The position numbers and the translations under genes are program-made. The notes under the pieces were generated by a model. The model saw only the letters and a program-made list of their open reading frames with translations, searched no databases and was not told the origin of the DNA. A stretch of DNA of 60,907 nt, the filler included, from Dirinaria sp. TL-2023a (Eukaryota): NCBI GenBank assembly GCA_051941275.1. It is 5 parts of 5 records of this genome, joined end to end, with 100 filler letters (N's around TTAATTAATTAA, not from the genome) between each part and the next. Parts side by side here need not be neighbours in the genome. Positions count along the whole stretch, not along the records: positions 12,260 to 24,397 come from JAVEBF010000790.1; positions 24,498 to 36,586 come from JAVEBF010000792.1; 3 more parts are not named here. One strand, 5' to 3'. This document shows, one piece after another, positions 13,060 to 25,606 of the stretch (position 1 is its first letter; every line of letters begins with the position of its first letter).

Positions 13060-16000
13060 TCAACCTTGCGTTGCACTCAAAGACTCATTAAGCGGGAGCA
13101 CCATGGCCTGCTGCTGCTGCTGCTTCGCACCATACTTCCCGTCGTCCCATTTCCGAAATGCATGTCTGACACCTTCGGGAACACCTTGCTTCCCCAGTAC
13201 CACGTGGCTGACGGGGACAAACGGGCGGTCTTCGGCCGAAGCGACCAGGATCCCGTATTCCTGGGCGAACTCGCACGCGGCGCGGAAGGTGGGGAGGAGG
13301 GATTTGGGATTTGAAGGGACGAGGCTGGGGAAGCGGGGTGGTTAGATGGAATTCGGCTGTGATTTGAAGAACGGCAGGGAAAAGGGGCGAGAACTTACAC
13401 ATATATTTCGAAGAAGGCATCCAGGACGTGGATGCCTTCGGTCTCCAGGTCCGATTGCGCGTAGGGGGCAATTTCAGCAACTACCGTAGTCATGGCACCA
13501 CTGTCGTCTGCGGTCGTCTCTGCACTGCCTCTCCGCCCCCATAGGAAGCTGGAGCTGGATTTCGGCCTTGGTGCTTCGACCTCAATACTGAAGAGCCGCG
13601 TGGCGTATTTCTCGCACGAAGCCTTGAGCGGCCAATGTCTTTCTGCTTCTCCGCCAGGCACCCCTTCTTCTCTATTGTTTGGAAAAGCCTCCCAGAAAGG
13701 GCTTGGCTCCCGGCCGTCGTCGATCTCTTCAATCTCTCCCGTAAGACCAATGTCCATGCCGATCAGCCTTGCGCAGCCCAGCTCATCGGCACCCGAGCCT
13801 CTACCTTTCCAGAGATAAAGTTTCCCAGAAGGGTTTGAGACGATATACGGAAAGCCGCTACACAGGCTTGAGGGCGCGAGATTTACTTCATCAAAAGCAA
13901 TCTGTCCAACATGACGCCGCCCACAAAGCATGTATGCAGGGGCGGAGTTTGCTCTGGCACTCGAGCCGCGGCGTGTGATCACAATGCCGCCTAATGATTG
14001 GAAGAAGTTTGCTGTTTCCTTGCCCTGCCTCAAGATGATGAGTTTGCCATTGTTTTCTTTGGCAACCTTTCGACAAAAGAGCTGCGCGTCTTCGACAGCC
14101 GACGTTGACACGCCATCACCGCACCAGAGGTACACTTCTGTCGTCCGTGTGCCGTTCAAGCTGCCAAAGACATGGGTGCAGAGGTATAGATTTTCTTCAT
14201 AGAGTATGTGTTCCTGGTGAGACGGCACTGGGAGAAGCTTACCGTCGTTTCCCAATTCGAATATCTGCTTGCGAAGGGTTTTAATTCTGTCGGGACCATG
14301 ATGCGAGGAGCGTGAGGAGATGCAAGACTGAGTGTCAATACTAATTCTGGTTTTGAGGCTTGGTGATTGGCCGAAGAAGTCCTGGAGGACACGACTGGCT
14401 TGTGTAGTTGGCGAGACGGAGGATGCCGATCGTGGTGACGACGCCGATGCGAGGTTACTTGAAGCAACTCGATTAGCGATCGATGCAGGCTTTTTACCCG
14501 GCAGTGGGGGTGACTTAGGCGATTTAGGGGAGGCTGGGGGTGAAGCTGGCAGGTTACGATTGGATATAGAAGGGAGCTGAGGCTTGCTTTCTGCAGCGTT
14601 GATACCCAGACCCACTGGGTCTTTGAAAATGGTAGACTGAAGGCCCGCCTTTTCAAGCGCTGCTTTTTCTTCTTCACGTGTAAAAGGCTTGATGTGTGAT
14701 CTCAAGCCATTTTGTTGAGCTACAGGCGCTTGCTGCCAGCCAGCCATTGCCTGTTTAATAGAGGATTTGCTAAGACTTTCTTCCGATTGTGGCTTATTTT
14801 CATCAGGTAAGTGAGCAGACGGGTTCCGAAGCGCTCTTGGTACCTCAGGTGACCTTACAGACCTGGAAGGAAGAGCTTGCCCGGCAGATGTAGAAGACTT
14901 GCGGGGTTTGATTGTCTCGGGACTCATACTTGGTTTTGGCTTTGGTTGTGGCGAAGTCTTTGATGCAATAGATGGGAATTCGTCCATGACTGGCTTTGGA
15001 GATGGCTGTTTAACTTCACCAGGAAGGTCAACACTGGTGGATGGCTTTCGTGGAGAAGAAGGCTGCGAAACCTTTCGATGATTGATCGAAATACTTGCTA
15101 ACGGCCGTGCTTCTGCTAGCCTGGGTGCGGATATAGTTGCTCTAATAGATGGTCCGTCCATCTCTGTGGTGTCCTTCGTAGTATTCGTCTGGACTGCTAT
15201 TTGATTCGATGAAAGGACTGATGAATCATTGATTGAACTCTGCTGGGTGGTCGTTGGAGGTCTCCTTTTTGGGCCTCGAGCTCTACTCTTCGTTACGTGT
15301 ATCAGCTGAGGTCCAGAATCTGGAACATTCCGGTCATTGCTGGCTGAATGGGCAAGTGCTTCTGTTTCTTTTGGTCCTCGTGAACCAGGTCCATCTTTCT
15401 TCGCCATTGGTGAAGGGCCTCTCGATATAATTCCCACCAGCGCTGCATTGAAACCACCTGCAAGTCTGTTGTTTGCCTTTGGCTCGTCATCCAGTGCGCT
15501 GGGCGCGCTAGGGGGTTTTTCTAGCGGTATTGTGTCAGACTCAACTTCCTCGCTCCTCATCGAATCAAGGATGGGGGGCCCAGCAGGTTCACTTGAAGCC
15601 CCAACTTTGCTGCTAAGAGAACTTGCTGTCCTTGTCAGCCCTTGCCGCCGAGCCAGTGCTTCGGGTAGTGGCGTCTCTTGATCCTTTCCCCGGCTACTGA
15701 CGCTTGTAAGCGTTGTTGAGGCTGAGGGTAGACCTGCTTTCATACCCTCCCTTTTCTTGAGGATGCTCTCTTTGAACTCGTCCCTCCTTTCAGTCTTCTT
15801 TGGCCCTCCAGTGACGTTGAGATCGGCCTTGCCCCGCATGATATTGTCTTTCAGCTCATCTGGAGCTTTGTAGTTCTGTGTCTGGGTCCGCTTAAGCTTG
15901 CCAAATACATTCTTAAACTCAGGCTCTTCACTCGTTTCCTTCGTTACGGTGACCTTACTTGGTCTCAAGTTGCTTTTGAAGTCCTTCTTTGGCGGAGTCT

Positions 16001-18080
16001 CTGGCTTTGGTTTGTTCGAAGCGGAGAACGTACGCTGGGCTTTACCTGGCGAGGACTTTGCGGATGGAGAATTAGAAATGGGGACAGCCTTGGGTTCTGG
16101 CTTAGCCCCACTAACATCCGGAATGGGAACTGCTAGGGAACTTGTTACTATTTCTAAGTTTCCTTCCGCCTTTGGTGTGTCTCTCATGTCGCTCGGTGGA
16201 GACATTTGGTCGGCATTTTCTACCTTGGGCTTTGCGGTGATGGGGGCGCCGAATCCTGGAAGTCCTCCCGCCGGTGATGGCTTGCTGAGACCACCTACAG
16301 GTGGTGATCGCATAAGGCCAGCGGTATTGATCTCCTTGAATTTCCCGGTTGTACCGAGATCTACGCTACCCCGTTCTTGCTTCGCTTTATTCAGATCGTT
16401 CATCCAACTCGGTTGCTGGGGTGGATGCACTTTCGGTTTAGGAGAGTCAGGTTTGTTAATGGCGTTTTCCAGCCAGCTCGACTTCGTTGGGCTCCACTTT
16501 TTACTAGGACTCATAGGAGCAATCTTGTCACTGGACGTCTGTTCTTCACGTATTTCTGATAACTCCGGTTCACCACGCAGTGGAGGAGTACGCTTTCCAG
16601 GGGAATTATCTCGCTGATCAGACACATTAGTCTTCACATCCGTGGCTGATTGATCGTCGTTCCCTTGAGGCTTAGTGATGGTCGTGAAGGCAAGATTGCT
16701 ATGGCTAGAGGTCGGTCGTGAATTAGCGATGGGGGATGTCTCGCGACTCAAGCTCCCTCGAAGCTCTCTAGGTGGACCCATGCCACCTATTGCTGCCAGT
16801 GATCCATCATAACCGCTCCTATTGCTCGCTACCGAATTGCCCCGGCTTAGTCCTGGTCCCGCCTGTGCACTCCACCTCTTATTGACGCTGTCCGATCTCT
16901 TCAGCATGGCACTCTGCACAAAGCCTCCAAGGCCCTTAGTTGGGGAATTTGACCTTTCCAAGCGCTCTGGAGCGATACGTCCTTGTGATGGAGACATCGC
17001 TAATGTCCTGCTGCCAGTAGTAGCAGACTCCGGATCGCCACCAAGTGACGATGTCGCGTCAGATGTAGGTGGTTCAAAGCGCTGACTGGTCATGGAAGGC
17101 AGCGGAGAACGTATGCCGCCATGGGACGTGAGCGAAGCAGAACCCGAGTATCGATCTACAGAGCTAAAAGCACTACGAACGGAACCTTCTCTCGACGGAG
17201 ACACCGAACGCGTGTTTCCTGGAGGCGACAAGGTCTTATCCTGCTCTATCGAAGTCTCCCTTGAGGTCTCACTTGAGAAGCCGGGCAGCCGCATGGCTCC
17301 AAATTCCGGTGCCAGAGTCGTCTCAACCTGGTTTCTCCGATATGCTGCCGAAGTAGTACCACGATCCTCCGTCTGCTTGAAAAAAGCAGGATCTTTGGCC
17401 CCCAATGACTTTGTAATTTCGTTCCTTGACATGGAGGTATCGACTATTGGGGTTGGTTCCACGCTCGCCCGTGGTGACCTTGCCGCACTGTGTTCAGGTG
17501 CTAGCATTGAGAGTGGCCGACTCTTGCTGGGTGAGCCTCGTGATGACGGGCGCTGTTGCCATGAGAGAGTGTTTGATCGCGACGGTGCCATTGCAGCGGT
17601 CGGGGATGGATTTGATTGAATTGAAGGTTTCGGGGGCGGCTGTGGCATTCCCGTTTCGAACTGAGTATCGTTATGGCTCGGCGACTCTGACATGGCTTCT
17701 GAAGGGTGTGAGATATCTTGGACGCGTTGCTCGCTGTGATGAGGCAGCTGTGGTATGTTGCCAGTTGAGATGTTCGAGGCGTGCATGGATGTGTTGACTG
17801 TGGAGCGCATGAGGCGGGGCGTGGGCGCATTGGAAGTTGAATCCTTGGTTGGAGACAAGGACCTGGCGCGCTCTGCCAAAGTCAATTAGCACACGCCGAA
17901 GTCGCGCCCAGGAAGCCTCAATTCACCGGCCCTTCTTGCCTCCCTTTCCTTGCGACCCTGGATGATTTCTTCCTCCAGCTTCCGTGTACGCTCCTCGTCC
18001 TCTCGATCCCGTTGATCACCTAGCTCACGAATGCGCTTCAAGAAATCATTAACGTCCTCAGAGCCGTCATCGTTAGACAT
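13060..18080 (-). CDS. DUF4045-type protein with long Ser/Pro-rich region and C-terminal gelsolin/villin-like repeats (3 exons)
   Basis: N-terminal DVNDFLKRIRELG..DEERTRKLEEEI, SPTKGLGGFVQSAMLKRSDSVNKRWS; C-terminal EVYLWCGD, GKETANFFQSLGG, KLYLWKGRGS, VLDAFFEIYV; last exon FAQEYGIL..EDRPFVP ends TGA at 13060. Confidence 0.88.
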
Positions 18081-18504
18081 TATGAAAGTACGGTAAAGGT
18101 TATGACCCGCACAACCTCGGTCGAAGATGTTAAGGGTTCTCAGGGTAATGCTAGGAAGATCTACATGTACCTGATCACACAGACGCGAGGCCTCGGAAAA
18201 GGTCGATCAATCATGCATTTACAGGGATGGGTGGTCGGTGTTTTTTCAAACCTGGCATTGCGACACCAATGTACAGTACATACACCTACTTTGTGTCTAC
18301 TATAACATCTTTACACACTAAAATCTCAAAGTATTGATCCTATGAGGGACGTGGAAATTTCATCTGTGATGCTTCGCTTGATCAGTCACTAAAACAAGCT
18401 TTGCAGTGTTTGTTGTTGACTGCGGGATTGGCCCCGTAAGGCTGGACCTCCCCTTTCGGATTGGCGCGAAAGGCGCTCCTTCCCTAAGGTAGCCGAGCCT
18501 GCCA

Positions 18505-18514
18505 GTCACGTGAC
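18505..18514. promoter_or_regulatory. Palindromic E-box GTCACGTGAC (Cbf1/bHLH-type)
   Basis: Perfect 10-bp palindrome about 430 bp upstream of the DUF4045 gene. Confidence 0.35.
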
Positions 18515-18635
18515 AGACGGGCATGGTTGGGCGGGAACTGCCACTTACCCCAATAATTGTGCAGTCTACCGTAGAGTCCCTCAATCCTTCCCTTACAGTG
18601 GGAGAGTGGATGCCAATTATGTAATGTACTTTACT

Positions 18636-19441
18636 CTAGTACAGGAAGAGCCTGTCCCGAGCATCTTGAACCACCCATTCCAAACCAGCCTCTAGCCTCT
18701 CTCCTGTAATCGCACTGCATCGAATGATTGTCCATTTGTGTGTTTTGATGGCGTCCAATCCAAGAGCCTAGAGCCAAGTCAGTCCGCCACCCCAGCTACG
18801 TAGAAGTCAGGGAGAGAAACTCAATTACACTGCGTATCTCTTCATCAGCCATGCAGTCTCCGACGTCAGTTTTGTTCAGAAATACGAGGAGGCTCGCTCC
18901 CATGAGTCGCTATGGGATGTCAACTGGTTTCCCGCCCTGAGCGATCAGAGAAATACCTCTTCCAGGAGCAGTCCGGCCAGTTCATCGCGACAGTCGCCGA
19001 TTCTCAACCTGTCAGTCGCATCCACCACCCAAATCAATGCATCCGTCTTCTCGAAGTAGTTCCGCCAGTACGATCGAAGCGTCTTTTGGCCTCCTACATC
19101 CCCTCCGACCCAGTAATATTGGCAGAGGGTCTAAACAATAGAAGTGGCAGGAACATACAAATGTTGAGCTTGTAACTATTCCTACTGTCAGCCTACAATT
19201 CCCTCCAGAAGAGTCTATCTAACCCTTCATAGTCAATGGTTCTGATGATGAAACCAAGGGTCGGGCTGACTGTGCTGACATCTTCGTGCATAATCTTCTT
19301 CACGATAGTGGTTTTTCCTGCATTGTCCAGGCCCCTGAACCTCTCAGGAGTAGAACATTTAGAGGAGTTTGGCTGTGCTCACAGCATCAGAATCCTCATC
19401 TCTTTATCCTTCAATCGTGCTTTTCTGAGTATTGACAGCAT
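18636..19441 (-). CDS. ARL2: ADP-ribosylation factor-like protein 2 (Arl2/Alp41/Cin4), 6 exons; not in the ORF track
   Basis: Spliced reading [76 protein letters not shown]. Confidence 0.96.
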
Positions 19442-22036
19442 TGTGCTTCTGACAAGAGTAAATGTAGATTTTGGTGTCTTGCCGCTTTACTCTCCATGGG
19501 CGGAAAATCACCGCAGTATTATTTTGATCACGTGCAGCAGAGCTGCTTCACACACAATAACACTTGATTCATTCTCGAAAGTAAATTGTAGGGTATATTT
19601 CGTCGCGATCAACCATTCTAAAATGCACTCACCACCATCATCCACAGCTAAGTCCACCTACCCATATCAGCCCAAGCTTCTTTCCAGTCCCACTGATCTC
19701 AGACTGGAGAGACTTTCACTGAACACAAGGCTCATTATCTTCTTCCGCATCCTACCTCTTGAGTCCACAAAGGTATCCATACCAGAGAAGCTCCTCTAGC
19801 AACCTGTGTCTCGGTCACCTTCGTAAGCAGCAAAACTTTCTGTATCCTTCATACCATTTCTGGCTCCCCAACCACGAAGGATATCAATAGAAGTACCATG
19901 TACTCCTACAGCACAGTGTACACAGCGCTCTAATCTCTGTTGTAGGAAGAAGCGATTCTTTGAATGAGGAAGAAGGGCTCACTTACATGCTAAGGACCAC
20001 CGTCCCGCGCGAAAGTGATCCAGCATATGGTTTGGGGACCGAAAACTTTCATCGGCCATGCGATTTGCCTGCTAGAATCTTGACTAGAAGCCGTCATCGA
20101 TCCGTTGGACATGCCTGGAAGAGGGGCTGCCCACTGCCCTCGAAAAGCAGCAGTCCAACCACCTGACTGGATGTTTTTGAGATGGAGACTCCCGATCAGC
20201 AGAATTACTCTGATAACGAATTCGTCGTGTAGGGCAAGTTCGTCGAGAACGGTGAGCTACTTCCCACCGAAACCTTGTCTGAACAGCGTTGTGGTCCAGT
20301 CGGCTCCAGGCTCTGACGTAGATTTAGCAGCTAGCTTATAGACGCAGAGTCAGACAACCATAGTAGGGCTTTCTTTAAATTACTCCAACTTCCGAACCTG
20401 GAGCACTCATGAACTGATATGGTAATAGCATTCATGGCCTCTTACGTTGGCTTCGTAGGCCGGCAGTCGTCCGCAAAGCATCGCTTAGACCGGCTGCGCG
20501 TCATGTACCAGAGATTTGTCCTGCGCCAAAACTTGGAGACGCTTGGCTAGGTCGTAAACAGACACCAGTTCAATCCCTGACTGTTGAACTTCTATTCCAT
20601 GGTCCACGGGCCGTAGCAGCAGCTTCCATTTAGCATACGATATGTTGTAGACCTATTTATCCATCCGGACTTAGCTGCGAACCATGCGTAACCACAGAAT
20701 CTCCCAGCGAATGCACTGTGGAGCGGGAAGCTTTTCAAGCTGGAAATCCCTGACAAAGAAAAGCGGTGCTCGAAATGATGGACCACTCGGAAGCCACTTA
20801 AAGGCAAAGAAGTAACAGTACACCATGCAAAAAGTCCATTCGTACTGCCTTGGCAGGCTTTCCGAACACCCAGGGGACGCTAAGAAGAAATGGAACTAAA
20901 CGGAACGCTCGAACCGAAGCGGATTAACACGAACCATTTTTGTGTTGTACAGCTTGAATGACGGCCTCTTACCAAGCGGCATGGTGCTTCTGAGCTTATT
21001 GGGAACGCGAATGTGGAGGTGCGAGTTGATGGTGGCAAAAACGTTCTCGACAATAAGCTGATATCTCTGCAGTCGCTGCTCACGTCTTCTCCAGAAGCAT
21101 TGGCACTATCCTCATTCATTCTTACAAGGTGTTGACAGGGCAAGATGTCGTCCCGAGCCCTTGCTTAACAGATTCGACATTGCAAGTCATCAGCTCGAGC
21201 TCGATGCCAAGAAAGCCAGGCAAAGCAATCCTGTCTAGCATTTTTGTCAAGGGCTGACAAACCCTGTGCCTATCCATCGTCCTTTTCTTGTCCCTTCTTT
21301 ACCTGTTTCTCTTTTTTCTTCTTTTTTTTTTTTTTTTGGCTTGTTATCCCATTGGTCTTTGATTCTTTGGCTGGTAACCTTTTGCCTGTTATGCCCTACC
21401 TATCAATGTATTGCGTGTCAGTCAATTCCCTTCCTGAGACAGTGGCGGAGACGTGGAAGACAGTAAGCTGAACACTATACTATATAAAGCTGCAGACGCC
21501 TAGGTACTCACAGCTTTTGCTGATCAGAAGTCTTAGGTCCTGAGCCCCCCACCCATTAAGGTACGTTGTCAAGCAAAGCTGAGGAAAGACCACACCACGA
21601 GAAAGATAAGGTGCATGTAGTCGTAATGAAGTGTGGTGAAGGGGCCTGAGGGGTGAAGTCTGCCTGCTACATGGCCAGCCGGTTTTGGCTTGGCTTGCAA
21701 ATGGAAGGACGGTGGATTCCCTTATCCCTTATCCCTTATCCATACCTACATTACATTGCCTTACTTAATCCCCCGAAGCGAGTGAATGTGGAGGCGAATG
21801 AAAGAGTCAATCCAGAGCCGGAAATAAGGGATAAGAAACTCCTTTTCTGATTATCGGCTAATAGACCCTTTTTAGCACACACACACACACACAACTCTCT
21901 CATCTCCCTCTTCCCTTTTCTCACTTACTCCCGATCACAATTCACCTCCTCAACTCCTCTACATGCTCAATCCTCCGATTCCTCGTCCAACCCATCATTA
22001 CATCGTGTCTTGCAAATACTCTCTCTCTACCGCACC

Positions 22037-24395
22037 ATGTCTCTGCAAGGACGAGGTACGTCTTCCATCTCACCCCACCCACACACGAAGCTAAGAGCAA
22101 ACACTCAAGCCCCGAGTGTGACACGCTCAACCGCTCGCATGCAGCACAGGGATCGTCAAACATCTGCTCCACCATCTGCTCCACTCTCTGCTCCAACCTC
22201 TGCCCCAACCTCTGCTCCAACCGCTTCCATGCGGTCGTTCTACGCTCGCCCGGAGCCAAGGAACACTCGTGGTTTCCAACCACAGACATCACCTCATATG
22301 AGCGAGCAAGTAACACCATCGGATCCGATCCCAGTTACAGAACAAGCACAAACAGCGCACAAGTCAACCACTCGTCGACGCTGCGATGATCTGTATGGTG
22401 TATCTGATAGTGAAACTTCAGACAAGCACGCCGCGATCACCCACGAAGCGCATCCAGTCGCCTCCAAACTGCCGCCAAGCCAAGTCCCTCACGATCAGGA
22501 GCTTGTAAGAGACCTCAATCCATATTCCAAAGACCCAGAAAATGTCAACCGTGGGCTCGAGCGTCCCCTGGAGGCTACCGAAGCGGTCAAGATCCCCTCT
22601 TCAGACAAGCTCAGCACTCATCCCGCAACTCAGGTGACCGACAGAATGGATCCAACCAACACGTCCATTACCGCAACAGTGGAGACTAAAGCAGAGACCC
22701 AAGCAGAGGAGCCTAGCAAAGCAAAGCGCGCCGGCGGAAAGGATTATATCCCGCCTCATCTACGCATTCCCAAACCTCAACCTGCAAAGCTAGCTGAAGA
22801 TGCTCCGAGTCTAAAAAAGGTTGTTGTTAGTACCGCGCCTGTGAAGTCTGCTACTGAAGCCTCGGTAAGACCAATGACTCGTGCAGTGAAGGAGGAGGAA
22901 GCGGACTATTCCCACTTGCCACCCCATCTTCGGCCCCCGAAAGTGAAGAAATCAACACCTGCAGCTGATGTCGAAGTCAAAGAGAACATCTCAAAGCCAA
23001 CAGTATCGCAAGCTGGCACTGACGACGAGAAATTGCACCGAATCATGGCTAACCAGCCATCGTTGTCATCAGGAGAAAGCAAAGGGAAAAAGGCGGTAAT
23101 TAACGATACTTTGGCAGAAGTTGTCACTGGAGCCGCTTCCAACATCACTCGTGAGCCGACTGTGAAGACCAGAAAAAACACAAAGCTTGAGAAGATAATG
23201 ATTGCGAAAGGCTGGTCACCGGCCCCGGTAGGCCCCGTCCTTCCTGAAGGTGACTGGTACGAGGATACGTGGGAGGAGCGAGAGCAACACGATCACCGCG
23301 CACCGGCACACGTCGCTGCCTTGGAGTCCTGGGTTGGAGGCATATTAGAAGACACTCCTTCCCAGCCAGTCTTCACGGATACTTCCTCACCCGGCTTCGC
23401 GCTTGGTACTGAGGTTCCAGTTGGCGAGCATCTAGAGAGCAGCCCTGCCGAGGACAGCTACGCCACGCGCCCAGCAGATGCATTCAGCTCAGCCAAAGCT
23501 CACAAAACTGCTCAACAAGCGATGGAGGAATTTCAACAGAAGAAGCAGCATCAGCAGCCGGAGCCCCCCACCCCTCGGAAGTACACAAAGCAGGAAAAGA
23601 AACAAGCTCGCGAGGCTTGGCGCCAACGCAAAGAGTACTATCTCGAGATGGAGAGGAACCACCCCAACAAGCCAAATATTGACATCTACATCCGACGTGC
23701 AGAAGCCGACGACCTTGATGACATAACCGAGCTCTACAACTGGTACATTGAGAACACCTGCGTCGCCCTCGAGCTGAAGGCCTTGGAGCCGGCCCAGTGG
23801 CAGGCACGCATGAACCAGTGCCGTCGTGAGGGATTTGAAATGTTTGTGGCAGTCCTCAAACTCGGGAAAGGCGAAGGGCACCACCGACGACCCCGTGAAC
23901 CTGTCTGCGGGTTCGGCTACGCCAACGACCTGGCTGGCCCAGCGCACGCGTACCGGTTCACTGCGCAGATCAAAGTGTACGTGAGCCATGAATTGCCCCA
24001 CGTGGGAATTGGAAGATGCCTCTTTGACCGGATGATGGCCGTCGTTGATTTGAATTATTGCCAATTCGGGGGTGTCGAATGGCGCGGTCCGCCGATGGAC
24101 CTGGTCCGCGAGATCTCGCGCATCTATGTCGAGATCCCCTACTTTGAAGACGACGCAGAGGAAAAGGAAGCGATGGAGTGGAAGAAAGGCTGGCTTACCG
24201 GAGCCCACGGAAGAGGCTCCATGCGTTTCGAGCACTACGCCACCCAGCCCGGCTTCGGCTTCAAACATGGCAAGCGGTAAGTTTATCATCCATTATATAT
24301 CAGGCCAGAACTAAAAAAAATTGTATAGTGTGGACGTAGCCCAGTTTTGCTTCTCAACCTGGCTCGACCTCAAAGGCAGACGAGATATTTGCTAG
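22037..24395 (+). CDS. GNAT-family N-acetyltransferase domain protein with long disordered N-terminus
   Basis: IRRAEADDLDDITELYNWYI, VCGFGYA, AYRFTAQIKVYV, HVGIGRCL (acetyl-CoA motif), GFGFKHGKR|VDVA; intron near 24277-24328, stop 24395; possible in-frame 54-nt intron 22056-22109. Confidence 0.82.
22163..22222 (+). repeat. Coding 12-bp tandem repeat (SAPP/SAPL/SAPT x5)
   Basis: tctgctccannn units inside the GNAT gene. Confidence 0.7.
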
Positions 24396-24397
24396 AG

Positions 24398-24497
24398 NNN
24401 NNNNNNNNNNNNNNNNNNNNNNNNNNNNNNNNNNNNNNNNNTTAATTAATTAANNNNNNNNNNNNNNNNNNNNNNNNNNNNNNNNNNNNNNNNNNNN
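24398..24497. other. Artificial contig spacer
   Basis: N44-TTAATTAATTAA-N44. Confidence 0.98.
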
Positions 24498-24545
24498 CTC
24501 TTTGCCAGAAAAGGGAAGAAGAAAACCCATAAAAAGAAAACTCAC

Positions 24546-24872
24546 CTCTCAGGTTTATGATCCAAAGTCCCCATCTCGCCAGGCTTCACGACCCTGTGTT
24601 CCTGGGGCAAATCCCGTTTCGCGAAAGTCTAGCAATTACAGAAATCTTCATTCAGCTTCCATCAATCACTCATTTCAAAAAACAAAAGGGTCAAAAAAAG
24701 AACCGTAGAAGAAAAAAGGGAGAAAAATCAAATCCCTTACAGTCTCCGAGCTCTCCCCCTCCTCACTCAATGTTTTGCCTAGCAACTTGCTCGTCCACTG
24801 GGCTTGTGAATCTGTTGCGTTGTCGTTGTTGTTGCTGCTGCTGGGCACAAGGCCCGGGACGACGAGGGGCAT
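24546..24872 (-). CDS. Small conserved fungal protein, peptidase inhibitor I78-like; last exon lost at the contig end
   Basis: Exon 1 MPLVVPGL..WTSKLLGKTLSEEGESSET then GTAAGG; exon 2 TFAKRDLPQEHRVVKPGEMGTLDHKPER then GTGAGT. Confidence 0.75.
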
Positions 24873-25606
24873 TGTTTTTTTTTTTTTTTTTTTTTTTTTT
24901 AAGGGGAGGTATGTATGTAATGTGTGCAGAGCAGTAACGTACTTGAGTATGTGAAAGAGGAAGAAAAGGGTTGGAGAGGTTGGAGGAGGTTGAGAGATCA
25001 AAAGGTCAGATAAGGATTACATGAAATGTACTTTAGGCAGCAGGAGGAGCTGGAGGGGAGATATCTTGTGATGATTGATGACGTGCGTCATCGGCTCGTG
25101 ATTGTGAGGGTTAATTTGGGGTTGGGACAGGGCTGGATAAGGGGCATAAGGTACCTAGAGGTATGACTAAGTACATATGGTAAAGCTTATAGTACTACTA
25201 ATGGGGTGCTTGCTAATTTTTGATATCAGGAGCTTTCGGGCTATGACTTTCAGCATAGCTTACAATAATCTGCCTTGAAAAGGCGATTCAGAAAGGGGAA
25301 CAGTAGGAACGGCAACTTGCACTCATAGATCTTATCGAGCATACATAAGTGGACAGTGGCTCTGGGCAGCTTGCAGCAAATTGGGCAAAGAGTGTTATGT
25401 CAAAGCTACCACGAACCACAATCATCCTTGTAGCCTGACGGGAATATGGGTCCCGCGGAGGGAATTCGCAAGTAAGACCTTGCACTTACCGATAATCACT
25501 CTGTTGCATCCGTTCGTATTGTGCCGGTGATCTCAGCCAGGATGTACAAACCATAAACTGTCTTTGCTCTCCTTCTTAGACTTGAACCTGATAATATAAC
25601 GCATGA

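Noticed and set aside
18912..19799. Plus-strand ORFs of 87 and 187 aa
   Set aside because: Antisense shadows of the spliced ARL2 gene
21719..21741. (CCCTTAT)3 telomere-like repeat
   Set aside because: Short internal microsatellite that does not match CCCTAA
19500..21950. Telomerase RNA candidate
   Set aside because: Size is suitable but I found no TAACCCTAA-type template on either strand
23489..24289. 266-aa minus-strand ORF and other long antisense ORFs (e.g. 34955-35743, 15898-16617)
   Set aside because: Shadow ORFs of GC-rich coding genes on the opposite strand
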